64,000 nucleotides of DNA. Origin: Clostridiales bacterium. GTDB taxonomy: Bacteria > Bacillota > Clostridia > Oscillospirales > UBA644. The notes beneath the pieces were generated by a model that was given only the letters and a program-made list of their open reading frames with translations, was not told where the DNA came from and did no database searches. The stretch spans positions 1,140 through 65,139 of the forward strand of contig JAEEJO010000077.1 in the NCBI GenBank assembly GCA_016281915.1, in the 5' to 3' direction. Shown piece after piece: positions 36,565-46,938 of the stretch. The translations under genes were made by a program, and so were the position numbers. Within the stretch, counting starts at the first letter, position 1. Each line of letters opens with the position of its first letter.

Positions 36565-36592
36565 ATTATATCGTATTTTAAAAAAATGTCAA
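36565..36592 (-). promoter_or_regulatory. Sigma-A-type promoter for araB
   Basis: Minus strand: TTGACA, 16 bp, TATAAT. The -10 is embedded in the 14-bp palindrome GATATAATTATATC. Confidence 0.5.
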
Positions 36593-36704
36593 TAGGAAAA
36601 AGCAGACAGGGGAAACATGCGTAAAAGTTTTGCATCCCTGAACTCCTCAATCCGTCCGATTAGGGTCAGATTTTAAATTTTTCTTTAATATCCTTAATAT
36701 GCAC

Positions 36705-36733
36705 TTGCTTTTTTCGGATTTTTATAGTATAAT
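36705..36733 (+). promoter_or_regulatory. Sigma-A-type promoter for galK
   Basis: TTGCTT, 17 bp, TATAAT. Confidence 0.5.
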
Positions 36734-36792
36734 ATGTATAATCGGGTTTATGTGTATTTTTAATATCCTTAATTTGAAAGGCGTTCGGTGTT

Positions 36793-37975
<1,183 letters not shown>

Positions 37976-37977
<2 letters not shown>

Positions 37978-38011
37978 AAAAACGGCGACCGTATTAACGG
38001 TTGCCGTCTTT
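37976..38011. terminator. Bidirectional intrinsic terminator
   Basis: ACGGCGACCGT / ACGGTTGCCGT stem (one G-U pair) flanked by an A-run and T-rich sequence, between convergent genes. Confidence 0.7.
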
Positions 38012-38018
38012 ATACCTT

Positions 38019-39155
38019 TTATTCTGTTTTTGATATCTCGATCAGAGAAAAATATTTGTTTATACCTGCAACTATACCGCTGACTATCTTTTCCTGAAAA
38101 CCCGGGTCATTCATCGCCTTGTCGTCTGAAGGACACGACGAAAAACCCATTTCCAGCAGAATTATCGGTACTTTGCAGAACGCAAACATCGACGATCTGT
38201 CTATCGGGTCGATACCTCTGTTTTTAAGCCCGGTAGCGTTTGAATATTCGCGCAATATTACCGTAGCGGCATGCTTTGAAAGATATTCAAGCCTTTCGCT
38301 TGGGTATCCGCTCCATATTTTAGGAACGAGCGCAAGCGCTCCGCTTTGCTTTGGATCTTCATCATATGAATTGCAGTGAAGCGATATCATAAGATCGGCA
38401 TTGTTTCGGTTTGCTACCGCTGCTCTTTGTGATCCGGACAGCTTTTCCTCAATATCGGGATGGCTAAGATAAACAGTATATCCCAGTTTTTCAAGCGCCG
38501 CTTTCAGCTTGTCCGCTATCTCGTGAGTAGTCTGGTACTCCGGGATTTTCGTTTTGCTTCCTTCCGTACCTATTGTCAGCAGTGAATTGTGGACCCACGA
38601 AGAATTGTTTGCAGGATCAAGATACGGCGATAGCCATACGTCCGATTTTCGTGTATCTGTCTGATGCCCCGCATCTATTACGATCACTCTGTCTGTCCTG
38701 TTTGAGCCCAGAACAGGGTTGTCATCTGCAAATGATTTATACGGCGTGTTTTCGGTATAATAAACTTGCGGCAATACCTGATCTGCTTTATAATTCAGAT
38801 CTATACTGTCGTTCGGGTCAAGTGTCGAAGGATCGATCAGAGCAGACAGATCGAATATGTCTACATTCTCGTTGCCTGTCTCTTCGTTTGATGTCGCTTC
38901 TTCGCCGTTCCATTCATTCGTGATAGGTTCGTCGGTTTTTGTGAGTTCTTTGGAATTGCGATCTATAAAGCTCATTATCATCCAGACAAGCAAAACGGCT
39001 ATTATTGCAATCACAGCAAAAAATGCTATCTGTTTTATTCTCTGTTCCCGTCTGCGCTTTTTCAGCTGCCTTTGCCTTTCGGCATATTGCCTTCTCTGCC
39101 GTTCAAGCTGCTGTTGCCGTTGACCGGGAAGAGGAATACGTGTTCTTGTGTTCAA
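38019..39155 (-). CDS. N-acetylmuramoyl-L-alanine amidase (Amidase_3) with an N-terminal basic tail and TM
   Basis: IDAGHQT, ADLMISLHCNS, and ILLEMGFSSCPSD match Amidase_3 blocks. The N-terminus has an Arg/Gln-rich segment followed by a TM helix. Confidence 0.8.
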   Translation of the reverse strand: MNTRTRIPLPGQRQQQLERQRRQYAERQRQLKKRRREQRIKQIAFFAVIAIIAVLLVWMIMSFIDRNSKELTKTDEPITNEWNGEEATSNEETGNENVDIFDLSALIDPSTLDPNDSIDLNYKADQVLPQVYYTENTPYKSFADDNPVLGSNRTDRVIVIDAGHQTDTRKSDVWLSPYLDPANNSSWVHNSLLTIGTEGSKTKIPEYQTTHEIADKLKAALEKLGYTVYLSHPDIEEKLSGSQRAAVANRNNADLMISLHCNSYDEDPKQSGALALVPKIWSGYPSERLEYLSKHAATVILREYSNATGLKNRGIDPIDRSSMFAFCKVPIILLEMGFSSCPSDDKAMNDPGFQEKIVSGIVAGINKYFSLIEISKTE

Positions 39156-39285
39156 AATACAGCTTCCTTTATGACGATATATTTCTATACTGACGGTATT
39201 ATATCAAATAATGACGACAATGTCAAGTTCTGTAATACTTCAAGTTATTACTGCAATTATAATAATTTACATCGGCGGTGAAACA

Positions 39286-40458
39286 ATGGTGAAAAAATCC
39301 GATATTGTTCTTTCTTTTCTGTTTCTGATATTTATATTTGTTTTCGGCATTCTGTTTATAGCGTTACCTGATGCCGATTTTTCCGAAAGCGAAAACAGAA
39401 TTCTGGCAAAAGCTCCCGAAGTATCTCTGAAATCTGTTTTTGACGGTTCTTTTGAGGTCGGATTTGAAAACTATCTTACCGATCAGTTCCCGTTCAGGGA
39501 CTTCTGGGTCCGTTCAAATACTGCTGTTTCGATATATGCTCTCGGCAAAAAGGATATCAACGGCGTCTATCTGGGTAAAGACGGATACCTCTTTGAGAAA
39601 TTCGAAAATATCGGAAAAGACAGAATGCAAAAACAGATCGACGCACTCACTGCATTTTCTCAGAGACTTAGTGCGCCTGTTTATTTCGCTATCGCGCCCA
39701 ATTCCATAGCTATATTCAGCGATAAACTCCCTGCGTTTGCTCCGGCAGAAAAAGAATATGACGGTGAAATTCTTTCAAATCAGCGTAAATATATAAATCT
39801 TTTTTATTCGTCTCTTCCCGATACCGTCACAACCGTAGATCTTGCGTCCGCTCTTGAAAAACATAAAGACGAGTATATTTATTATCGCACCGACCATCAC
39901 TGGACAACTCTTGGCGCATTTTACGCATATGAAAAAATATGTGAGGCGCTCTGCGTTGCACAAAATTCTGTCGATGACTATACTGTCACTCCCGTCAGCG
40001 ACTCTTTTTACGGAACACTGTTTTCAAAAGGCAACTTCCCCGTATCTCCTGATACGATAACTCGCTTTGATATAAACACACCTGTAAATTATACCGTCGT
40101 ATCGGACGGAGAAGAAAAACCGTCTTTATACGATGAAAGCTTCCTTGAAAAAAAAGATAAATATTCATACTTTATGTCCGGAAATCCTGCGCATCTTACT
40201 GTAAATACAGAAGCGGGAACAGGTAAAACAGCTGTTTTTATCAAGGATTCCTATACTCACTGCCTTCTTCCTTTCTTCCTTCCGTACTTCGATACCATTC
40301 ATATGATAGACCCCAGATATATAAACGCAAATCTGACGGATTATGTTTCGGAACTGTCTCCTGACTGTGTGATCGTTATTTACAATGCAAAAACTCTTTC
40401 TGAAGATACAAGCTTTATAAAACTCGGCTATACTCCACGCGGCAGCGCTGCCGAATAA
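39286..40458 (+). CDS. DHHW family protein (AlgX/AlgJ-like SGNH O-acyltransferase-related)
   Basis: N-terminal TM followed by the signature YYRTDHHWT. Start at ATG 39286; the listed 39211 start lies upstream of a TATAAT box. Confidence 0.75.
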   Translation: MVKKSDIVLSFLFLIFIFVFGILFIALPDADFSESENRILAKAPEVSLKSVFDGSFEVGFENYLTDQFPFRDFWVRSNTAVSIYALGKKDINGVYLGKDGYLFEKFENIGKDRMQKQIDALTAFSQRLSAPVYFAIAPNSIAIFSDKLPAFAPAEKEYDGEILSNQRKYINLFYSSLPDTVTTVDLASALEKHKDEYIYYRTDHHWTTLGAFYAYEKICEALCVAQNSVDDYTVTPVSDSFYGTLFSKGNFPVSPDTITRFDINTPVNYTVVSDGEEKPSLYDESFLEKKDKYSYFMSGNPAHLTVNTEAGTGKTAVFIKDSYTHCLLPFFLPYFDTIHMIDPRYINANLTDYVSELSPDCVIVIYNAKTLSEDTSFIKLGYTPRGSAAE

Positions 40459-40480
40459 GAAATCGAAAGGAGATTATTAT

Positions 40481-41026
40481 ATGATAAACCGCCTCGTGTT
40501 CAGAATAGCTCTTTCCGCTATGTTTCTTGCTCTCGGTCTTGTTCTTCCCTTTCTTACAGGACAGATTCCTGAAATCGGTTCGATGCTTCTTCCGATGCAT
40601 CTTCCCGTTTTCCTTTGTGCACTGATCTGCGGATGGCACTATGCCGCAATGATCGGTTTTGTTCTTCCGCTGCTTCGTTCCCTTATCTTCACAATGCCAC
40701 CGATGTTCCCTACAGCTGTAGCAATGGCGTTTGAGCTTTGTGCTTACGGAATAATCACAGGGCTTGTTTACATCCTTTTCAAGCGGAAAAACATCATTTC
40801 TGTTTATATCGCTGTAATATCCGGTATGATAGCCGGCAGGGCGGTCTGGGGAATCGTCCAATACCTTCTTCTGTTTTCATCAGGTAGGGAATTTACGTTT
40901 TCAGCGTTTCTCGCCGGTGCGTTCGTAAACGCTGTTCCCGGCATCATCGTTCAGCTCGTTTTGATCCCGCTTATAATGTTCGTTCTTGATAAGTCAAAAC
41001 TCGTCCCCTTTAATTCAGTTAAGTAA
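40481..41026 (+). CDS. ECF transporter S component, substrate unknown
   Basis: 181 aa with about 6 TM. The pattern LSAMFLALGLVLPFLTGQIP...LLPMHLPVFL is typical of small vitamin-type S components. Confidence 0.6.
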   Translation: MINRLVFRIALSAMFLALGLVLPFLTGQIPEIGSMLLPMHLPVFLCALICGWHYAAMIGFVLPLLRSLIFTMPPMFPTAVAMAFELCAYGIITGLVYILFKRKNIISVYIAVISGMIAGRAVWGIVQYLLLFSSGREFTFSAFLAGAFVNAVPGIIVQLVLIPLIMFVLDKSKLVPFNSVK

Positions 41027-41043
41027 AAGAATAATAACAGTAT

Positions 41044-41075
41044 AAAATATCTCCCGATCATTCGGGAGATATTTT
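41044..41075. terminator. Bidirectional intrinsic terminator
   Basis: AAAATATCTCCCGA / TCGGGAGATATTTT 14-bp stem with a 4-nt loop. Confidence 0.8.
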
Positions 41076-41092
41076 TATCTGTTTATATATAT

Positions 41093-42082
41093 TTATCGTT
41101 CTTCCCTGAAATAATTCGTTCCGAGCGATGCAGGCGGCTGGTTTTCGCGTTTCTTTCTCATACTTACTATAACAAGCACGATTATCGTTACAACGTATGG
41201 CAGCATCTGCATCAACGGCAGCAGATTCATCGATACCGATACGTAATTGAAAAGAATGTAAAGTCCGCCGAAAAGGTATGAACCGAGAATACTTACGTTC
41301 GGACGCCAGATAGCAAAAATAACTATCGCAATGGCAAGCCATCCTCTGTCACCGAAAGCGTCGTTTGCCCATATACCCTTTGAGTAGTCAAGAATATAAT
41401 AAAGTCCGCCGAGACCTGCTATCATTCCGCCGATACATGTAGCGAAATATTTATATCTGTTAACATTTACGCCTGCTGCGTCTGCCGTTGCCGGACTTTC
41501 ACCGACCGAACGCAGCTGAAGTCCTACTCTTGTGCGCTTAAGCACAAACGAAACTATGAGAGCTATGATCACCGCAAGATAAACCATAAATCCGTAAGAG
41601 AAAAACAGCTGTCCGAATAATCCGAGCTTGTTTGCAAACGGCAGCGTGGTGCGGTATGCGGCTGATATTTTCGAAAGAGCGAGATAGGGGGTGTCGCTGT
41701 TTGTTATTTTAATAAGGGAGCCCCCGAAAAAGTTTCCTATGCCTACGCCGAACGTAGTAAGCGCAAGGCCCGTAACGTTCTGATTCGCCCGAAGCGTTAT
41801 CGTTAAAAATCCGTAGATCAGCGACGCAATAAGAGAACCGAGAAGACTGCTTAAAAGTGGTATGATTATCGCCAGAACGGTAATTATCTTTGCACCGGAA
41901 TTCTGATAGAAAAAGCCTCCGATAACGCCGGAAATAGCACCGATATACATTATACCCGGAATGCCGAGGTTCAGATTTCCCGATTTTTCGGTAAGTATCT
42001 CACCGGTAGAACCGAAGAGCAGGGGAGTGCCTTGCATTATTGCCCTGACTATAAGTTCAACGATCTGTTCAATTATTGCCAC
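41093..42082 (-). CDS. ABC transporter permease (BMP/nucleoside-type)
   Basis: Polytopic, 329 aa, last gene of the BMP-ABC operon. It overlaps the upstream permease gene by 14 nt. Confidence 0.8.
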   Translation of the reverse strand: MAIIEQIVELIVRAIMQGTPLLFGSTGEILTEKSGNLNLGIPGIMYIGAISGVIGGFFYQNSGAKIITVLAIIIPLLSSLLGSLIASLIYGFLTITLRANQNVTGLALTTFGVGIGNFFGGSLIKITNSDTPYLALSKISAAYRTTLPFANKLGLFGQLFFSYGFMVYLAVIIALIVSFVLKRTRVGLQLRSVGESPATADAAGVNVNRYKYFATCIGGMIAGLGGLYYILDYSKGIWANDAFGDRGWLAIAIVIFAIWRPNVSILGSYLFGGLYILFNYVSVSMNLLPLMQMLPYVVTIIVLVIVSMRKKRENQPPASLGTNYFREER

Positions 42083-43217
42083 TGTCCTCAGCCTCCTTAC
42101 CGCTCTTTGCTTTTATGTTAAAGTGAATTTTATAGTTGATGAAGAATTCGCAGCCTATTATAAAGAAGAGGATTATTCCGGTCAGGATATCCGAAAACGA
42201 CTTGTTCAGACCGAGTGTCATCGAAACGTTTTCCGCGCCTCTGCTGAGTACTACTATCAGAAGTGTTGTGAATATCATGATTATGGGGTTGAATTTTGCA
42301 AGCCATGAAACCATTATGGCGGTAAAACCATTTCCTCCCGCAAGGTTGGGGTCTATAGAATACGAAGTTGCGCCTACAAGAAGAACGCCGATCAGTCCGC
42401 ACAGCGCGCCGGATAAAGCCATTGTCCTGATAATTACCTTTTTAACGTTAATGCCTATATATTTCGCCGTGTTTTCACTTTCACCTACAACTGCGATCTC
42501 ATATCCGTGTTTGCTTCTTTTCAGGTATATATACATCATTACCGTCAGTGCGGTTACAACTATTATATTGAACATATACTGCTGACCGAAAAGAACGGGG
42601 AGTCTGCCGTAAAGAAGAAGGCTCGGACCTACAGTGCTTGAACCGCTTTTATCTGCGACTTTGAGAAAAAACTTTATCAGCTGAATGGCAACGTAGTTCA
42701 TCATCAGCGTAAAAAGCGTTTCGTTCGTTTTCCAGTATGCTTTGAATACGGCGGGAATTATTCCCCATACAGCTCCTGCGGCAACGCCCGCTACAACAAC
42801 AAGTATGCACGCAAGCCAGTGGGGAAGGGGCTGCGCATACATCATAACAAGTGCAGATGCAAGCGCGCCGATAAGAACCTGTCCTTCACCTCCGGTATTC
42901 CAGAATTTCATTTTAAATGCGGGAGTAAGGGCAAGAGCGATACCGAGAAGCATTGCCACTGCCTGTGCGGTTCCCCAGATCCTGAACTGTCCGAACGCGC
43001 CGTCAATAACCGTAGAAAACAGCTCTATCGGGTTCTCGCCCGTTATGAGAACCGTTATTATCGCCGAAAGCGCAAGCGCGGCGATTATTGCTATTACCCT
43101 GACGGCAATATTCCATTTAAGTGAGCTTGCATCACGTTTTGTTATCGTTATGAACGGAGCTGCTTTGGAATGAGTATGTTCTTTTTTTGAAATGGATATC
43201 GCTTTATTCATTTTCAC
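42069..43217 (-). CDS. ABC transporter permease (BMP/nucleoside-type)
   Basis: Polytopic, 382 aa. It overlaps the ATPase gene by 14 nt. Confidence 0.8.
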   Translation of the reverse strand: MKMNKAISISKKEHTHSKAAPFITITKRDASSLKWNIAVRVIAIIAALALSAIITVLITGENPIELFSTVIDGAFGQFRIWGTAQAVAMLLGIALALTPAFKMKFWNTGGEGQVLIGALASALVMMYAQPLPHWLACILVVVAGVAAGAVWGIIPAVFKAYWKTNETLFTLMMNYVAIQLIKFFLKVADKSGSSTVGPSLLLYGRLPVLFGQQYMFNIIVVTALTVMMYIYLKRSKHGYEIAVVGESENTAKYIGINVKKVIIRTMALSGALCGLIGVLLVGATSYSIDPNLAGGNGFTAIMVSWLAKFNPIIMIFTTLLIVVLSRGAENVSMTLGLNKSFSDILTGIILFFIIGCEFFINYKIHFNIKAKSGKEAEDSGNN

Positions 43218-44757
43218 TCACTCCATTCACTTTAGTCATTAATAATCCGATTTCTTCCTTTTTTGCAGTTCTTCCGTCAAGAACTCCAGACACTGTACCG
43301 GAACAAAGAACTAATATCCTGTCGCAAAGCTCGAGTAGAACGTCAAGGTCTTCTCCGACGTAAATTACAGCCACGCCGTTTTCTTTTTGCTTGTTAAGAA
43401 GATTATATATCGTATATGAAGAGTTTATATCAAGCCCGCGAACAGGATATGCGACCATTAGAACGGACGGGGCGGATGCGATCTCTCTTCCTACAAGCAC
43501 TTTTTGAACGTTGCCGCCTGAAAGTCTTCGTACAGGTGTCTGGGCACTCGGAGTAACAACTTCAAGGCTGTTTATGATCTCTTCTGCAAGCTGTTTAGGC
43601 GGCTGTCTGTCAACAAAAACGGATTTGCCTTTCTTATAACTCCTCAGCATCATGTTGTCAATAATATCCATATTGCCTACAAGTCCCATTCCGAGCCTGT
43701 CTTCAGGGACAAATGATAACCTTACGCCGAGTTCGCGTATCTGAAGAGGCGTTTTGCTTCTCAGCTCAACTTTTTCGGAGTCAGAAGGCTTTATATAAAG
43801 AATATTTCCGCTGTCAAGAGTTCTCAGACCTGCAATTGCTTCAAGCAATTCTCTTTGTCCGCTTCCCGCAATACCTGCTATACCGAGGATTTCGCCCGAT
43901 TTCGCGGTAAACGAGATATCTTTGAGCACTTTTACACCGTCCGGACTTGTCAGATTGATACCTGAGACTACAAGTCTGTCCTGAGCGTCTTTAGGGTCCG
44001 ATCTGCCTATATTGAGCGATACTCTTTTGCCTACCATCATCTCGGTGAGTTCGTTTTCACTGGTCTGAGCCGTGTTTACCGTTGCGATATGTTCGCCTTT
44101 TCTTAAAACCGTTACTCTGTCGGAAATAGCAAGTACTTCGTGCAGCTTATGCGTAATAATAAGAATCGATTTTCCGTCATTTCGCATATTGCGAATAACA
44201 TCAAACAGCTTCTCTGTCTCCTGCGGGGTGAGCACGGCTGTCGGTTCGTCAAGGATAAGTATGTCGGCTCCGCGGTATAATACTTTTATTATTTCAACGG
44301 TCTGTTTTTCTGAAACAGACATTTCATATATTTTCTTTTGCGGATTGAGTATGAATCCGTATTTTTCGGAGATTTTTTTGACCTCTTCTTCGGCTTTGGC
44401 AAGATTGTATTTTGTTCCGTCGTTTATGCCGAGAATGATATTTTCCGTAGCGGTAAACAGATCAACAAGCTTAAAGTGCTGGTGGACCATACCTATTCTG
44501 TATCTGAAAGCGTCTTTAGGTGAGTTGATAGATGCTTTTTCGCCGTTAACGTATATCTCTCCGCTGTCCGGATGGTATATTCCGGCGATCATGTTCATCA
44601 GCGTCGTCTTGCCGCTTCCGTTTTCACCGAGAATGGCAAGGACTTCACCGTAACGGACGTCAAGATCTACGTCTTTATTTGCAATTACCTTGCTTCCGAA
44701 GGCTTTTGTTACCTTTCGCAGCTGCAGCGCATATTTTTCGTTGACCGTTTCCGACAT
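43204..44757 (-). CDS. ABC transporter ATP-binding protein with tandem NBDs
   Basis: GENGSGKTT Walker A, LSVSEKQ signature, ILILDEPT Walker B, and a second degenerate NBD (GIAGSGQRE, LSGGNVQK). Confidence 0.9.
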   Translation of the reverse strand: MSETVNEKYALQLRKVTKAFGSKVIANKDVDLDVRYGEVLAILGENGSGKTTLMNMIAGIYHPDSGEIYVNGEKASINSPKDAFRYRIGMVHQHFKLVDLFTATENIILGINDGTKYNLAKAEEEVKKISEKYGFILNPQKKIYEMSVSEKQTVEIIKVLYRGADILILDEPTAVLTPQETEKLFDVIRNMRNDGKSILIITHKLHEVLAISDRVTVLRKGEHIATVNTAQTSENELTEMMVGKRVSLNIGRSDPKDAQDRLVVSGINLTSPDGVKVLKDISFTAKSGEILGIAGIAGSGQRELLEAIAGLRTLDSGNILYIKPSDSEKVELRSKTPLQIRELGVRLSFVPEDRLGMGLVGNMDIIDNMMLRSYKKGKSVFVDRQPPKQLAEEIINSLEVVTPSAQTPVRRLSGGNVQKVLVGREIASAPSVLMVAYPVRGLDINSSYTIYNLLNKQKENGVAVIYVGEDLDVLLELCDRILVLCSGTVSGVLDGRTAKKEEIGLLMTKVNGVSENE

Positions 44758-44776
44758 ATGCTCAGATCCTCCATAT

Positions 44777-44809
44777 TATAAAAAAGGCGGGGCAGATGTG
44801 CCCCGCCTT
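44777..44809 (-). terminator. Intra-operon intrinsic terminator/attenuator after the binding-protein gene
   Basis: Minus strand: AAGGCGGGGCA-catc-TGCCCCGCCTT followed by TTTTAT, between the BMP lipoprotein and ATPase genes. Confidence 0.75.
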
Positions 44810-44836
44810 GATGGGGTTTTATTCAATTGCTGTAAA

Positions 44837-46108
44837 TTAATACATCTCGTTGATGAATTCAATACCGTCTATTCTCAGATCGAAATAAGGAGCAGAACGG
44901 AATTCGGATTCATGGAAATAACCGTCGGATACAACTTCGGTATCGGGTGTGAACTCTGTGTCATATTCAACGTCTGCAAGGTAAGAGGTGAGGGTTTCTC
45001 CGCCTACCGTGAATGCGGATGTATCGAAAACATGAAGTGTTCCTGCTTTGAAGCCTGCGATAGCAGAGTCAACAGCGGGTTTCATCTTGTCGTTCATCGT
45101 TGCGGAGTTGAGACCTGTAAGGATTACAGAACCGGTTGCAATGTCGCCTGTCCAGTTTGCATCGATTGCGTTGCCGTCCTGAACCTGTTTGATGATGTAA
45201 GCAAAATAGGGAGCCCAGTCGATAGCGGAGGAGATAAGGAATGTGTTTTCGCCTGCGCTTATTGTGCTTCCGTTATAAGAAACATTGGGAACGCCTTCTG
45301 CTTCGCATGCGCTCGGTGCGCCGAGAGAGTCTGCGTGCTGGCTGATAAGAACGCATTTATCTGTCTTGATAAGAGCGTTTGCAGCTTCCTGTTCGGTAGC
45401 CTGATCATACCAGGAACCTGTGTATCTTACTTTCATTGTAACGGACGGGCAAACGGATTTTGCACCGAGGTAGAAAGAAGTAAGACCGGATATAACTTCA
45501 GCGTATGTAAATGCGCCTACGTAACCCATAACAGCTTCTTCAGCGGTGATTTTGCCTGCGTCGATCATTTCGTTGAGTTTGAGACCTGCAACGATACCTG
45601 CAAGGTAACGTCCTTCGTAGATAGCTGCGAATGCGTTGTGGAAGTTTGCAAGACCTTCGGTTGCTGCTCTTGTACCTGTTGCGTGGCAGAATTCAACGTC
45701 CGGATATGCCTTTGCAGCTGCGATCATATGTTCTTCATGTCCGAAGCTGTCAGCAAAAACTATGCTGCATCCGTTTTCGGCAAGCTCTTTTGCTGCGTCT
45801 TCGCATGCAGAGCTTTCGGGAATGTTGGTCTTTATAAGAACCTGAGAGTCGGAAAGACCGAGAGCTTCCTGAGTTCTCTTGATGGACTTGATGAAGTTAT
45901 TGTCGTAAGTGGAGTTTTCATCATGCAGGCAGATAACGCCGATTTTGAAATCTTCGGATACGTCAAACTTCTCAATGTTGATTGCAGGAAGAAGGGAAGC
46001 GGTTTCAACTGCTTCAGCAGCGTCTTCACCGTTACAGCCTGCAAGTACAGCTACTGCGGAAAACATCATAGCGATGGCTATAACCGCAGCAATGATTTTT
46101 CTGTTCAT
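44837..46108 (-). CDS. BMP family (Med/PnrA-like) ABC substrate-binding lipoprotein
   Basis: Lipobox VLAGC and a BMP-type fold pattern (YVGAFTYAEV, GYVG). Start at ATG 46108, 8 nt after AGGAGG. Codon bias is strong. Confidence 0.85.
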   Translation of the reverse strand: MNRKIIAAVIAIAMMFSAVAVLAGCNGEDAAEAVETASLLPAINIEKFDVSEDFKIGVICLHDENSTYDNNFIKSIKRTQEALGLSDSQVLIKTNIPESSACEDAAKELAENGCSIVFADSFGHEEHMIAAAKAYPDVEFCHATGTRAATEGLANFHNAFAAIYEGRYLAGIVAGLKLNEMIDAGKITAEEAVMGYVGAFTYAEVISGLTSFYLGAKSVCPSVTMKVRYTGSWYDQATEQEAANALIKTDKCVLISQHADSLGAPSACEAEGVPNVSYNGSTISAGENTFLISSAIDWAPYFAYIIKQVQDGNAIDANWTGDIATGSVILTGLNSATMNDKMKPAVDSAIAGFKAGTLHVFDTSAFTVGGETLTSYLADVEYDTEFTPDTEVVSDGYFHESEFRSAPYFDLRIDGIEFINEMY

Positions 46109-46177
46109 GGGTTTGTACCTCCTGAAATTTATTTCTCTTTTTTTATAAAAACACACAAGGCGTTTTCTTACAAATGA

Positions 46178-46747
46178 TCATTCGAAAACAATACCGTTTT
46201 CATCCATGGAGCTGATCTTGGCAAGTGATTCAACTCTTATGCCCATATCACGGATGATTTTTCCTCCGTCCTGATACGTTTTTTCTATAATGATCCCTGC
46301 TCCGACAACAGTAGCTCCCGCTTCGTTTACAAGTGAAAGCAATGCAGTCAGTGCGCTGCCTTTTGCGAGAAAATCGTCAATAATAAGGATTCTATCGGAA
46401 GGATCAAGAAACTCTTTTGAGATCCTTATCGTATAATTCCGTTCATGTGTATAGCTGTAGACCTGAGCGGTGTAAACGTCTCCTGAAATATTGTTTGTGG
46501 GCGTTTTTTTCGCAAAAACAACGGGTACACCGAAATGAACTGCTGCAAGGCAAGCAATTCCGATGCCGGAAGCTTCTATCGTTACTATCTTTGTGACGTT
46601 TTCGTCCTTGAAAAGCCGGTAAAACTCTTTTGTTACCTCATTCATAAAAGGTACGTCTATCTGATGGTTGACAAAGCAGTCAACTTTCAGCACGTTTCCC
46701 GCACCTATCTTGCCGTCTTTAAGAATTCTGTCTTCAAGAATCTTCAT
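46178..46747 (-). CDS. xpt: Xanthine phosphoribosyltransferase
   Basis: MKILEDRILKDGKI..GNVLKVD.F.NHQID, and the PRPP motif ILIIDDFLAKGSA; 189 aa. Confidence 0.9.
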   Translation of the reverse strand: MKILEDRILKDGKIGAGNVLKVDCFVNHQIDVPFMNEVTKEFYRLFKDENVTKIVTIEASGIGIACLAAVHFGVPVVFAKKTPTNNISGDVYTAQVYSYTHERNYTIRISKEFLDPSDRILIIDDFLAKGSALTALLSLVNEAGATVVGAGIIIEKTYQDGGKIIRDMGIRVESLAKISSMDENGIVFE

Positions 46748-46776
46748 TCCGTTCCACCCGTAAATAAATATATACC

Positions 46777-46805
46777 ATTATATAATATTTCTCTGTAAAA
46801 ATCAA
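46777..46805 (-). promoter_or_regulatory. Sigma-A-type promoter for the xpt-BMP operon
   Basis: Minus strand: TTGATT, 17 bp, TATAAT. The leader is only about 30 nt. Confidence 0.55.
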
Positions 46806-46890
46806 CAGTAGAAATGTCTAAATAAAATCGTCAACTTTGTGTCGTATTTATGACATTTATAAAGGATACGAATAAACACTCAGGATTCGA

Positions 46891-46928
46891 AGTAAACAAC
46901 CGCTGCCGCGAATAAAACCGCGGCAGCG
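46891..46928 (-). terminator. Intrinsic terminator after fucI
   Basis: CGCTGCCGCG / CGCGGCAGCG 10-bp GC stem with an 8-nt loop and a GTTGTTTACTT tail on the minus strand. Confidence 0.7.
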
Positions 46929-46938
46929 TGTATTGTTT

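Noticed and set aside
44690-46177. A 495-codon ORF on the plus strand, Cys-rich, longer than and fully antisense to the BMP lipoprotein gene.
   Set aside because: Its codons are exactly aligned with the sense codons (44837-44690 = 147 = 3x49). An antisense stop can therefore only arise from sense TTA, CTA or TCA, which this strongly codon-biased gene avoids. The many Cys residues are the complement of abundant sense GCA (Ala) and ACA (Thr) codons. It has no RBS or promoter and no recognisable domain, while the minus-strand product is a textbook BMP lipoprotein.
46748-46938. An expected guanine/purine riboswitch upstream of xpt.
   Set aside because: I read the reverse complement and did not find the conserved purine-aptamer cores (TATA..GGATATGG..TCTACC..CCGTAAAT). 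The region instead holds the fucI terminator and a promoter leaving only a ~30-nt leader.
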